Source of the DNA: Vicugna vicugna
Taxonomy: Eukaryota
DNA length: 64,000 nt
Reading direction: 5' to 3'
Assembly (NCBI GenBank): GCA_013265495.1
Contig: MU059176.1
Coordinates: forward strand, 3,655,720-3,719,719
Position numbers and translations under genes: made by a program
Notes under the pieces: generated by a model
Told to the model about the DNA's origin: nothing
Database searches by the model: none
What the model saw: only the letters and a program-made list of their open reading frames with translations
In this document: piece by piece, positions 13,240-25,821 of the stretch
How the letters are laid out: every line of letters starts with the position of its first letter
Numbering within the stretch: position 1 is the first letter of the stretch

Positions 13240-14040
13240 CCAGTGAAGGGAGAAGGGCCTGCTCCCTCACCTCGGCCCTCATCATCGCCCCGAGCTGGGG
13301 AGGAAGGAAGCCGAGCCGGGGAAAGAAGAGCCAGGGAGCACCCCCACCACCACCCCCGCGGCCCCTGGAGCTGGAAGGAGGGCGGAGCCGGGCGCCCAGC
13401 TCATCCGAGCTCCGGGTTAGCTCTGGACCAGTCTATGCTGGACTCGTTGATACCTGAGTGTAACCAGAGAGCCAGGGGATGGGCCTTAGGCAGCCTCCAG
13501 GGACGAAGAAGGCGGACTGGCCAGCGTCCGCCGGAGGCAAAGCCTCCAGGTGCCTCGCGTGTGCGCGCCGAGCCAGCCGGCGGGGCAGCGCCGCTCCACG
13601 GGCCTCTGTCTGAGGCTCTCTTCCCAGCACCTGGAGCTCCAGGAAGGAAAACTGTGAACCACTGACGCTTTAAAGGAGGTGAGAAAGGCCTAACATACCC
13701 TCCCTGAAGCCCAGAGCTCCCACTCGGGCTGCAGAATAGGCCCCGGGTCTGCGGTGGCCCTTCCCGGGGCGGGAGGAGGCGAGGGTGCCCGCGCGGTACC
13801 GTCAACCTCGTTCCGCGCCACTCCCCGTGCCTCCTGTTTGACTGCTTTCTGCTTGGTTCCTCACCCGGAGCCACCTCCGTCGCCTGGTTTCTAGCAGAAG
13901 GTGAGGGAGGGAAATGGCCTCCCACCCGCTGCCCCCGGATGGAGACGCTGCGAGAGGGGGCCTGGGGCCACCCCCTGTCTTGTTTCTGCAGCAAAATGCG
14001 GGGCTCAGCCTGGCACCTCTCCGTCACCACAACGAGACTC
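13240..14040. promoter_or_regulatory. Intragenic CpG-island-like region in EFCAB6 intron 6
   Basis: GC-rich, with roughly 45 CpGs counted by eye in 13261-13920, against a CpG-depleted background. Confidence 0.6.
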
Positions 14041-17000
14041 GTTTGGAATTCAAGGAGGACATGTTTTAAATGAAGCCAAGAAAAAGGATNNNNNNNNNNN
14101 NNNNNNNNNNNNNNNNNNNNNNNNNNNNNNNNNNNNNNNNNNNNNNNNNNNNNNNNNNNNNNNNNNNNNNNNNNNNNNNNNNNNNNNNNNNNNNNNNNNN
14201 NNNNNNNNNNNNNNNNNNNNNGAAAAGAACAACACAGCTGTGCAGATATGAAGCGCCATTCAGGACTAAATGAACTGGAACGAAATAAGTAGCTTGACTG
14301 TTATGTTCTCCGTCTTGGCTCTGTNNNNNNNNNNNNNNNNNNNNNNNNNNNNNNNNNNNNNNNNNNNNNNNNNNNNNNNNNNNNNNNNNNNNNNNNNNNN
14401 NNNNNNNNNNNNNNNNNNNNNNNNNNNNNNNNNNNNNNNNNNNNNNNNNNNNNNNNNNNNNNNNNNNNNNNNNNNNNNNNATCAACACAAACTTTCAGTG
14501 TGGGGACATGTGGGAGGGGCGGCGGCCAGGCATGGCTCACCTTTAACAAAGGCTGACTTTGCTCTCCTCCACAGCCGAGGACTAGGCACTTACTTGTTGA
14601 ACCGATGCAAACCCCACCTTTACCAAAACCTGAACAAGCTCAAGACATCTCAGTGAGACCCATGGAAACAGGGAAAAGGGAGCTGACTTAAAAAAAAAAA
14701 AAAAGAGCTAAAGCAATCTCAAAGTCATGGTTGCTATGACAGAGCGAAAATCCAAAAATCTGATTTTGAGTCTCCTTGCAGCCATGGTGAAAAGGGAAAC
14801 TTGCTGTTATCTATACTACAGACCATGTAAGCCTTCCTCTACATTTGATTTTCATTTTCAAAATGCTCCCTGCAACATCTAATAAAACATCCTAACTATT
14901 CATTGAACTTCTGACACAACTATGAAAAGAAGCCCCAAGTCTAAATACCTAGGGCGCCAACTATAAAAGAAATATTTCCCGTCTCTCCTTCTGTCTAACC
15001 CAGCCCACACTCATAGGATGGGAGCCCCACTCCAAACACTATAGGCCAAGAATAGTGAGGCCACTGTCACCCTGACCCTAGACCACTCACAGGACAGTGC
15101 GGCACACCAGGAGGGGCAAGCCGACCCCGTCTCAGGAACTCCACGGCATCCCCTAAACTGCAGAGGTGCTCAACGAATGTAGATGATGATGTGAGAGCGA
15201 CTGATTACTTCCAAGGTAACTGATGACAGGTACCCCGCCTCCTGCGGCTCTCCCATCAAATGCAGCCATTCCGCTGCTGACCTCATCCCCTAAATACTGC
15301 CTCCCCCATGTCATCGCCCCGTCAGACACATTCAGTGAACCGCCGCCACCACTACCCCCAGCCCTGTATTTTAGGGTTAACACCTAACCTTCAAAACTTC
15401 CATTTTTTTCTCCAGCCTACATTTCAAGATTGATCTGTCCCATCTTGCCTTGAGAAACATAACTCCCCACAGAATCGTCACAGAGCTTGTCTCCTCACTG
15501 TCCCCACCTCCGCATCCTCTTCACACACCCGACTACAATCCCGAAACCTACCCCACATCTCACCCTCTAGCCCAACCTCAGCACGCACTGCAGTCCCATC
15601 CATGGTCCAACTCAAGCTCCAACTTCACCTTCCTCGTGAACGTCTTCCTGGCTATTCCAACTACTGTGAACGTCTCCTGCAGAACTTTATTTTCTCATCT
15701 TGCAAGTATTTCGTGAGCTCAGATCAGGTGTCAGGATCTGATCAAGGCACTAAAGTTACAACAGTGAGCAAGACAGAGAAGGTGCCCACTCTCAGGGAAC
15801 ATACTTCCTCGTGATCAACAAGAAAGCAAACAAAACCTCAGAATGTCTGAAGTGTTAAGGAAAATGTGAAATTTTAGATAGTGTGGTCCAAAGGACCTCC
15901 GGGGGGAGCCCTCTCAGGCTGTGTGCCAGAAGCCAAGGTGTTTGTCCAGCATTTACTCAGTGGGCAACCAAAAGCCCTGGGGCATCTTAACCAAAGGGGT
16001 CTGATGAGAACTCAAAACTCATGTTTTGAACAGGTAGCTCTAGGCGTCGTGTGAAAGAGAGCTTGAAAGGGGCAAGAGTGGGAACAGGAAAAGCAGCCCA
16101 GGCTGGAGACAGTGGTGGCGGTGGGGATGGAGAGAGGCGGATGGGTTCAGGGTATGCAGCAGACAGGACTTCCTGAGGATCCGAATGTGGGAGAGGGGCC
16201 AGTAAGGGAAAGACAGGAACCAGGGCTAATCACAGACTTCTGCTGGAATGACTCAGTGAACGGTAGAACCACGCACTAAAACGCAAGGAGAGCAGAGGAG
16301 GAAGGCTTCCTGGGGTGGGGCGAGGAGGACGGTCAGCTGCTATGGTCTGGTCTGGGGACAGTGGTGAGTCCTGAGCCCCAGATGGAGATAGAAACGTGGG
16401 GACCATCAGCACACAGCCGTCTTTGTAGCTATAAATCATAAATGACCACAGAGTATCATTTAAGTTTCCACATAGTCACTCTTGTCTTCTCTCCTCCAAA
16501 TGCAGATTCCTAATTTTTGGAGTAACTTCTGTCGATCCTGAAGTATGGCAAGTTCATTTTCTATTTATTCCCACAAAGAATCTCAACGATATTGGAAAAA
16601 TCTTGCAGTACTGCTTCCCCATCTCACAGCTGAGGAAGCAGTTTCTGGGGAGACTAGCCTGCTCAGGGCCCCTCGGACCGTGAGTGTCGGGACCCAGACG
16701 CACTCCCAGCCGGGCGAGCCCAGGGCTGCAGCCTGCCCCACCAGCGCCACGCTGTTTCAGACCCTTCTCCCTGCCACCTCGTTGGTACTACTGACTTGCC
16801 ACATGCAAGAAGATTTTTTTTTAAGATTAAACTCAGTCTGAAATAATACAAATTCTGAAATAACAGAATCTTTGCTCTAGCTTCCTGCTATAGCCTTTAG
16901 TAAATTAATAATAGCGCCACCAAAAATAGGTCCTGGGGTAGAAGCATCTTAAATATCATTTTTTTTTATAAAATGGCAGCTGATTGTTTTGTTATTTGAA

Positions 17001-20000
17001 ATTCTCTAGATCAAAATGTAAGCACTACTCTTCATTCAGTTGCACAGAGACACACGAAGAAGAGCTGTGACATTATTAATCACTATATTCAGTTATGATT
17101 GATAGACTTTCTGCGGGGAGGAAAAAGTGCCTCGGATACAATCTGTCCCAACAGCTCTGCGATATGCTAATATTTCCTTCTGATGAAAGAGGAGATGTGT
17201 TCAAATACCTGCGATAATAGGCAATTAATACCAAGTGCACCAGAGGAGAGCTGATAAAAGTGGGATTTGGAGAGTACTACGAATTAACCAAAAGCTTGTG
17301 TGTTTTAGTAAATGGCCTCATGTTGAGTTTGACACAGTCTTTTTATTAGGCAGACAGACTGTATTTGATACATCCGTTCACGCTAATGTGGTGTTCTGAT
17401 GCTAAGGTGTGTTTATGAAACAACCGTTTCTTTATTCCTCAAGCAATTATTTTTTAAATGTCTTTTTTAGGAAAACTCACCTATTGAAGAAAATGAATCT
17501 ACCCATCACTTTTGTCTCTTTTTCATGAAGATATGACAGACCAAGCAAGCAGCTTAGTACCTCTGATTATTTACTAATTGCTTCTGAAATGACGAAGGCT
17601 GCATCTATTCTACTCCGAGGAACCAGGGTAATCCCATAAAAGCTGTGTCAGATCACTCAGTGCCCAACAGACATGCTAGTCATGGCTGACTGGGTAGACC
17701 AGATGTTCTGACATCACGGTGCCCGGGCTTGGGAGAGCATCCCTGATTTGGGTGGTGACATGGTACGAGAGCTAACAGCCTGGGGCTCTGGGTGGTGTTT
17801 GTTTAGGGTTTGTTTTTTCTTTTAATGTCTTTAACTGAATTACACATTCTTGAATTCTAGTCTTCAATTAAGAACAGTTTGTTTTGCACGTAGGGGGAGA
17901 CGAGTCATGACATTTCTAAACCCGCACTGGGTTCTGTGTCTCGGCGATTCCCTGGACGTGGCTTACAGTGAACATTCACCGCACCCCACCCAAACCTTGA
18001 GAAGCAAGATGAGGTTTTCCTTTGTCATACTCTTCTTTTACTTCTGCCTTAGCCTCATGTGAGGAGTTGACAAAAGATAAAACAGAGTAAAAAGACCAAA
18101 ACTTGTTTAACTTGGAAACACACTGAAGCTTTGCTTTAGTCCTTTTTTCCTGGCAGATTCCCCACCTGAAGAATGTGAGGAACCTAACTGTCGGGCCTCA
18201 GACGCTGCCATGGCTCCAGGATGGGGACTGGACCCTGCAGGGCAGGCAGGGAGCATAAGCGACTGAGGAGCTGGGAACGAGTGTAAGAGGGCAGGATGCC
18301 ACAGACAGAAGAGGAAAGAAGATCCCCAAGTGCCCATTTGAAGGCGATGCTACAGGGACAAGATGACTCTGGTTGGAATGCAACCTCCGTTCATGGTACA
18401 GTGACGGTGACTACGGAGATGTCTCTGTGATGGCCAGGGTCTACCTCCAGGCAGAACAAGAAGTCACATTTGCTGAACGCAAAGTAAGCATCAATGCCCT
18501 TCCTAAAGAGGCCCTCTGAGAGGCAGGGTGGCCTAGAAGTTAAGAGCTAGGACCCTGGAGCCAAGCTGCCAAGGCAGGAGTTGCAGCTTCTCTGCCCACC
18601 AGCTGTGCACACTTGGCCCAACTGCTTAGCCTCTGTCCTGGTTTCCCTTCCCATCAGGTGGGTAACAGTGGCACCTGCCTTGGGGGCTCTCCTGGAAATT
18701 AAATACTTCAATGCAGTAAAGCACTTAGACTAGCTCCCAGTAAGTGCTCACTCCAGGCTAACTATTATCATCAGAGTTGGCAAAATCCAAAAATTTACAT
18801 CAGTGTTCAATGGGTGAAGGCCCAGCCGGCCGAGGGGGTCCTTTTGCAGGAGGGCTGAAGCAGACATTAGGTCGCTTTCTCCAAATCCATTCACCTCTGC
18901 CCCCTTCTCCTTTCTGACAATACCCTCCCTCCATTGGTCAATTTGTTCAGATATCTACCCTCTGGTGGCCACATGCTGCAGGGGAGGGAGCCCAGCCACC
19001 ACACCAGGGAGTAATCAGGCCTGGTCCAGGCCACTGGTTTGGATGGGGACATGACCCTGGGCTGTGAGTCCATGGGGAGAAGTTTTCCCCTGTTAATTAT
19101 AATGAGTCACACAGGAAGAAACAGCACGCTGGGAAAATGTGACGTCACAATATCTGGTGTCAAGCCTGGAAGGGCGGCCCCTCCTGGTGACGGGAGGAGT
19201 CATGAGTTAGCCAAGCCTGGACCTGTGCTCCCCTCCTGACCTCTTAGAAGAGATGCGAATTCCTTGTTGTCCCAGCCAGTTCACAGTTTTCTGTTTCTCG
19301 TGGGGTAGGACAACCTACCACCTTGGTGGCTAAGGGGGTACCACTACCGCAGGAAATTTTCAGGAGTGCCGACAGAGAGAACCAGCCTCACTGACAGGGA
19401 GGAAGGGACTAATACTTATTGAGCACTGACTTTATGCAATGGCATCACTTACGTTATTCTCATTCACTCTCGTAACCACCCTGAGACGTTAAGTGCTGCC
19501 TCTGCTTCAGAGCTGGGAACGCAGCGCAGTGAGAGTCCGGCCCAAGGCCCCGTGGGAGGCTGCAGAGGCGGGATTCTGGGCCAGACATGCCCGATTCCCA
19601 CTAACTCCCTCTGTCTCCCTGGAGACTACGAGGGCAAGGAATCTGAAGACCAGAGGACTTGGAGCGGTCATGGACATGCACCATCACAGGCACAGAGTGG
19701 GAGCCAGAGAGGCCAGCCAGACTCATGACCCAAGGAAAAGCGAAGCCAAGCTGGGGAAGGCAAGTGGGGCGTGGGAGACTCAAAGCACCTGCTCCCTGGG
19801 ACCCGAGTGGAGACTAAATGAGGAAATGGGGCAAGCTGGAGCCCAAAGATGACACCCTGAGGACCACCTGGGTGCACAGAGCTTCCTCTTCCCTCAGATA
19901 CAGGGCCCCATGGATCAGACAGCCACCTCTTCACATGAAGCCACGGATCCCCATCACCAAAGGACAGAGAGACGGGACCTGGGGATTGTCCAACCCGCCC

Positions 20001-22044
20001 TCCTCTGATGGAGAAAAGGAGACTCGGAGAGCCTGGGGTGTGCGGGTTTAAGTGCACATGAATTAGGGAGAGGCTGAGGACCCAGCCACCAGACCAAGCT
20101 CACTGCAGAAGAAAACAGTTAGGAAACACAAGCCCTGGGGTTTGCTCAGTTTGGGGTGCCAACTACTAACTATTTAGGTTTAGGAAGGCTAGACCACACA
20201 CATTTAGTAAAGTCTGGCTCCCAAAATTCAGAGAGACATTTGCATGCATTCTTGGCTCCAATCAGCCATGTGGACTTATATTTAAAACAAAATAATTAGC
20301 ATCTTTCATTTCCAAACTGTGTAGATCACTCAGCAATGACAACGTATGTCTGAAGTGAGCCTTCTTTTAGTAACCGCTAGGTGTTCCTCTCAGTCTGCAG
20401 TGCTCGACTGTGGGCCACTTGCAGGACCAGAGTAGTGGACGGAATCATGCTCCTGCCCTGCCAGCAGCTGATGAGTGTGTCTGGTTTGCTCTGCTTCTCT
20501 GGGGGCGGTGGGTGGGAAGGGATGGCCTTCATTTGCGTTGCTACCTATAAGTCAAAGGAAGCTGTAGTAATAACCGTAATAATGGCCGCTGGCCTCCTCT
20601 AAGTGTTCCCGGTGCTTCATGCGGGGTATTTTTAAGCCACACAACAGCACTTCGAGATGGGTGTTCTCACCCTCACCGACAGATGAAGAGGCCCCATGAC
20701 CAGGAGCTGCCCAAGCCACCCGGCTGGTAAATGACAGAGCCCGTCCCACGCCACGTGCCTGCCCAGGGCCAGGGCCGCAGGGGGAACTTGTGCTCCTCGG
20801 CCTCTCCATGTCACCCTTCTGTTCTCACCGGACCTCGCCCAAAAGCTGCACTAACTTAAACTCACACTTAGTGGAAGGGCTTCTGCGGGAAGGAGGCTGG
20901 GATAAAGGGAGGCCTGAGATGACAGGGTGGCCGGCGGTGGCGCGCCCCTGATCCTAAGCCTTATTTTCAGTAATTTACAAGCCGGGCCTGCGTCCACACC
21001 CCTTGACTCGAGCTGTAATGTTGCATCATTGATCTGTAACAGTATTTACGTGGCTGGGATGGTCATCATTCCTAGGGGAATCTCATGATTAACAGAGCTT
21101 AGGAGGAGACAAACTAAAGACGTATACCACACATAATAGCAATCCTATAACGTATTTCTTACAGAATAACAGGTGGACCACAGTGGAAGAAGCAAATAAC
21201 TATAGCAGGGTTCCTACTAATATGAACTATAGCGAGACTAGGTTTTTAGGAGCACATAATGCTAAAAGAATGATCACACTAGGATGAATTTTCTGGTGTT
21301 AATGGCACCAGCCAGGGAAATTTAGACGAACATTCTGTGGGTTTCTGGCTATTTTTGATTTTGAAATGTATGAAAAACTCAGAAGAGTTCAGAAAGGAAA
21401 GAAAATTCATCACATTGCAAACCGACATATTGAATCAAGTAAATTAAACCATGAGTCTCAAACTGCTCGTGTAATTGACAGGCTCAAATGCATTTTAAAA
21501 AAGGGTCCGATTCCAAGCCCCCAAAGCCAGGAACACCTCTTCCCTCCTTAGCTGTGCGGTGTGACAGCCGACGGTAATTGGCAGACAGGACCGGAGCTCT
21601 ATGCCCCTTTCTAAACACACGTCGTAGCTTTTGTGGCTAAATTACTCGATACTTAAGTATCTATCACTCCGAGCTTTACTGGTTATTTTTACCCTGCTGC
21701 TTGTGATTGGTGTTTACTGCTGAAAAGCAGTCGTTTTCTCTTCCTAAACAAAACCCTGCTTCAATCGTAGACAAAAACAGAAAGGGCAGCCCTACTAATA
21801 ATGATCTAAAGTTAATACAAAAGGAATTAACATTCCAGCACTTCTGCTGGTGCCATGCATCAAGAGATGCCATCCGAGGCCGGCGGAGCGGTCTGCACAC
21901 AGGCTTTCACGGGACATCTATTCAGTTGGGCGACTGACAAGAGGACGCGGGTGAGCAGACGCAGCTCGCTTCACATCACCGCCCTCTGCTAGCGACTACT
22001 TTTGACGGTGGGTGGGGGAAAGAACTTCGAAAGATCTCTGTTAC

Positions 22045-22111
22045 CTTTTCTCCCACGTGGACTTCAAGTTCTTTTAATGTCTGACAGCAATTGGTTTCAT
22101 CCTCACCTCCC
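22045..22111 (-). CDS. EFCAB6: EFCAB6 coding exon 4 (67 nt): (R)GGEDETNCCQTLKELEVHVGEK
   Basis: Matches recalled human GGGNEMNCCRTLRELEIQVGEK. Acceptor tcctccttatctttaag|G; donor AAG|gtaaca; phase 2 in, phase 0 out. Confidence 0.94.
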
Positions 22112-22621
22112 CTTAAAGATAAGGAGGAAACACTGTTTGTTAAAATGTTGTAACCAAATAAATGTTTACAGAGGACATGCAGAGACCAAAATTATACGGA
22201 TTCCTAAATTATAGATTTTTAAATGCAAGATATTCCTTCTGCACAACCAGCTGCCAGAAGCGTGAACCTGGGCCAGTTACTTGGCACCTGCACGCCTCGG
22301 TCCCCTCACCTGACTCCTCCTAGGGTAGGGTGGGAGTCTCGTGTGACCCTCACAGCACCTCCATGGGCTTAGGCGCCATCCTCACCCCACTTTACAGAGG
22401 AGACTGGGGAAGCCCAAGGTCACTGTGCAGAAGTGGCGGCGCCAGGTTCAGACCCAGGTGCTCTGGCTTTGCAGCCCACCCCCAGCCCTCTGCCGCTGCA
22501 GTGTTCTGCCCCCTGGGGGCCCCCCGTTCACTCCGCGGGGCTCTCGTACCCACACCATAAAGGACTTAGGATGGGTGCACATCTGTACCACCCCTTGGCT
22601 CTGCCTGCTTTTCTTAGCCAC

Positions 22622-22788
22622 TTTTTTTCCCTTTTGTTTTTTTATTTTTGGTTTTTGGTTTTTGGTGGGGAGCAGGGGAAGTAGTTAGGTTTATTTGTTT
22701 ATTTATGTTATTGGAAGTACTGGGGATTGAACCCAAGATCTGTGCATGCTCGGCACGCACTCTACCACTGAGCTATACCCTCCCCCCT
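22622..22788 (-). mobile_element. tRNA-derived SINE (camelid Vic-1-like)
   Basis: Reverse complement reads GGGGGGAGGGTATAGCTCAGTGGTAGAGTGCGTGCCGAGCATGCACAGATCTTGGGTTCAATCCCCAGTAC, followed by an A-rich tail; same family as the 35845 copy. Confidence 0.85.
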
Positions 22789-23165
22789 TTCCATCTGCTT
22801 TTATTAACTATTTTTGATTTTGTATTATCTGTGTATCTATTAACGGCTTCGAAGCCCCTCTTTGGAACAAACTGTAGGGCTAGGGTCAGGGTAGAGAGTG
22901 ACAGAGGACACTTTACAGTATTCATCCAGCACCTCTTACACCAGGTTGAGCAGGACACCGTTCCCAATCTTGAAAAAGCTTAATGTTAGTGACAGTGACA
23001 GACAGGAAACAAGCAATCAAATAAGTAATGTGAGCTGAAATAATAATGATTACTGTGAGGACAATAAAGGCAGGCAGGGATGGACCAGAGACTGGGGGAG
23101 ATGGGCCGACGCTTCTGGAGGGGCAGGCAACAGTCATGTGAACAGAGACCCCCCAAGCCGAGGAG

Positions 23166-23198
23166 CCAGGAGCCATCAGGAGCCATCAGGAGCCATCT
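23166..23198. repeat. Short tandem repeat, about 3 x CAGGAGCCAT
   Basis: gccaggagccatcaggagccatcaggagccatc. Confidence 0.75.
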
Positions 23199-23849
23199 AC
23201 TCGGAGGAAAAGCTCTCCAGGCAAAGTGAAGGGAACACGCAGCAGCATGAAGCCCAGAGAGGGCAGGAGCCTGGCACACCCCAGGGCTGCTACTGCGGGG
23301 CCGAGGGGACCAGGGCCCTCCAAGCAGGGCCAAGGAATGTGGGGTGAGTTCAGAGATGGAGGCAGACTTAGCCCCGTGGTGCTGGGGGCCGTGATAAGGA
23401 AACTGGACTTCATGCTGGGGTAGGGGAACCGTTAGAGCGCTTCACACAGACACTAACTTCATTTCACACAGGAGGAAACTGAGGCTCAGAGAGGTTAAGT
23501 GCCCCGGCCGAGTTAAAGATGAAACCAGGAATCCAGCCTTAGGATCCTATGTTAAATGTAATGTATTTAATATTATTTTAATTATATATTGAATAGATAC
23601 AAAACACTATTTGCAACATATGTTTAAGGAATGAAAGTCAGACATGCCTGTGTACCTACCATCCGCTGGGGAAGTGGAGACGTCCCTCCCTGCCCGGGAG
23701 GCCAGGAGGCTACCCTTCCAAGCCCAGCCTCCTGGCTCCCTCCTCCGCACTCGGCCAGGGCTTCCTCTGGAAAGTCTGCACCCCAACCTCCATCTCAGTG
23801 TCTGCTTCGGGGGAGCTCCGGCTATCGCCTGATGTTAACTTGGTGACAC

Positions 23850-25370
23850 CAGCTTTCTCTAGATGAGTATTTATTTGAATGGTATGTCTTCTTAAATCCT
23901 TTCAAGTTTAACCTTTCTATAAACTTAACATTTAGGTTTTTCTTTTAGTGTATTTTACTGTTGGCTAGCTTTGTCTTTTAAGAGGTTTCTTTATTCTATT
24001 GACTGATTTGTTCCGGATTTCTACCTGTCCTCTGCTGCTTCTTGCCTTCTTTTGGGTTGATTCCATCTTTGTCATTCCATTTTTGTACCTCTGTACGTCT
24101 GGGAGTTATACACTCATTTTTAAGCTTGCAGTAATTGCTCTGGACATTACAACCAGCATACTTTTCAGTCTCAAGTTAATCCAAACTTTCATCTTCCTAC
24201 TGGACAGTGTAACAACTCTAGATTTTTAACTCCAGTCCCTCCTCTCAATTTATATATTACTACTATCATGTGCTCTAATTCTATTTTTGGATTCCAGAAG
24301 CCATCATTATTTCCTACAGTCACGAGTGTTCCCTGTGGTCAGCAGGGATTCACATTAACTACACAGCTTCACTTGGAATTCCTTCCTGCATTATCTCAAA
24401 CCTGCCATCTGGGATCATTTTCCTTCTACCTAAAGTACATGTTTAGAATTAGTTGTCCTGGGTTTGGGGGCCAAATCCACTTTTGTTTCAATAAATGTCT
24501 TTATTTCAGTATTAACAATATTGAAAGATATTTTCTGCAGGTATACGATTCTAGGATTGCAGTGATTTTTCTTCCAGCACATCGTAGTCATTAATCCGCC
24601 CTCACCTGGCTTCCAGCGTGACTACTCAGAAGTCACTTCTGTGCAGATGTTGCCCTTTGGCGGCTTTTAAGATCTCTTGGCCTCTTGGTCTCTGGTTCTG
24701 CCCTCACCTCTGTTTTTAATCTTGTTTGAGATTTGACTTCTTGAATCCATGGAATAGTACCTTTCTTCAGTTCTGGAAAATCCTCAGCCACTGTTCCTCT
24801 GGCTCTTACCCCACAGCATCCCTCATTGCTCCAGAGCTTACAGACCTTACAGGGCTTCGAGGCTCCATCACACCGTCTGTCTGTGTGCTGCATCCTGCCT
24901 AATGTTTCCTGCCTGATCTTCGAGTTCACTCATTCCTTTAGCTATGTCTAATCTGTTTATTCAATTCATTGAGTTTTAAATTGTTATTATGAAGTATAAC
25001 CTCTATGCAGAAAAGTACATACAGCACATATGCAGAGTTTAATTACAATTAAGGCAAACACCTGTTTAGCAATTGCTCAAAGCAAGGCATAAAGCCAAAC
25101 ACAAAGAGCCCCGCATCTGCCCTCCTCCAATCCTTCCTCTCCTCCTGGTAGTAACCTCTATCCTAGCCCTTCTGATAGCATTTACTTTTATTTTGTTACA
25201 ATTTTACCACCAAGATATGTATCCCTAAACAATACAGTTCAGTGGGTCTGTTTTTGAACTTCACATATGAACAGAAGCATTCGTTTGTCTCTTCCTTTTT
25301 CACTCAATATTGCATCCGTGTCAGGTTGCTGCCTGTAGACGTCATTTGTTAGTTGTCATCGCTGTTTTTC
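23850..25370 (-). mobile_element. Decayed L1M fragments (ORF1-like and 3' end)
   Basis: ORF 24633-24929 contains AEDFPELKK..PWIQE (L1 ORF1 AENFPEL..QIQE-like); T-rich antisense L1 texture. Confidence 0.6.
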
Positions 25371-25821
25371 CATCCACTTATTCAATAAATATATATTAAG
25401 CACCAACTATGTGCCAAATGGTGTCCTAGGGGTTTGGCATTCATCAATAAATGAAACTGATCAAGTTGCCTGCCTTCATGGCGCTCACATTCTAGATTAA
25501 GAAAATCACATTTCTGTGTTAACCTCATGGGTGTGAGCAGAGTGACCTACAGCCTTATCCGGGGAGAAGCACTGCAGATGGTGGCAACCACCTGTCAAAG
25601 GCCCTAAGACAGGAGCAACAGAAGGCCATTGGCTTTGGGACACAGTGAGCAAAGAGGAAAGTAGCAGTGCGCCAGTCGGGGGGTGGGGACAGCCAGGTCA
25701 GAGGGCCCTGCAGACCCCAGGAGGATCACTTTCCTTCTGCCTTTAGCACAACTTTTAGAATTTCCTTTAGTCAAGATCTGCAGGAGATGAATTGTCTCAG
25801 TTTTTGTCTGAAATGTCTCTA

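Noticed and set aside
13401-14030. 209-aa minus-strand ORF and overlapping plus-strand ORFs
   Set aside because: Stop-poor GC-rich CpG-island DNA gives ORFs in several frames; no protein-like signal.
14050-14260. Possible HMGB1 retrocopy (KKKD...NNTA)
   Set aside because: Spacing across the N run does not fit and the downstream sequence does not match.
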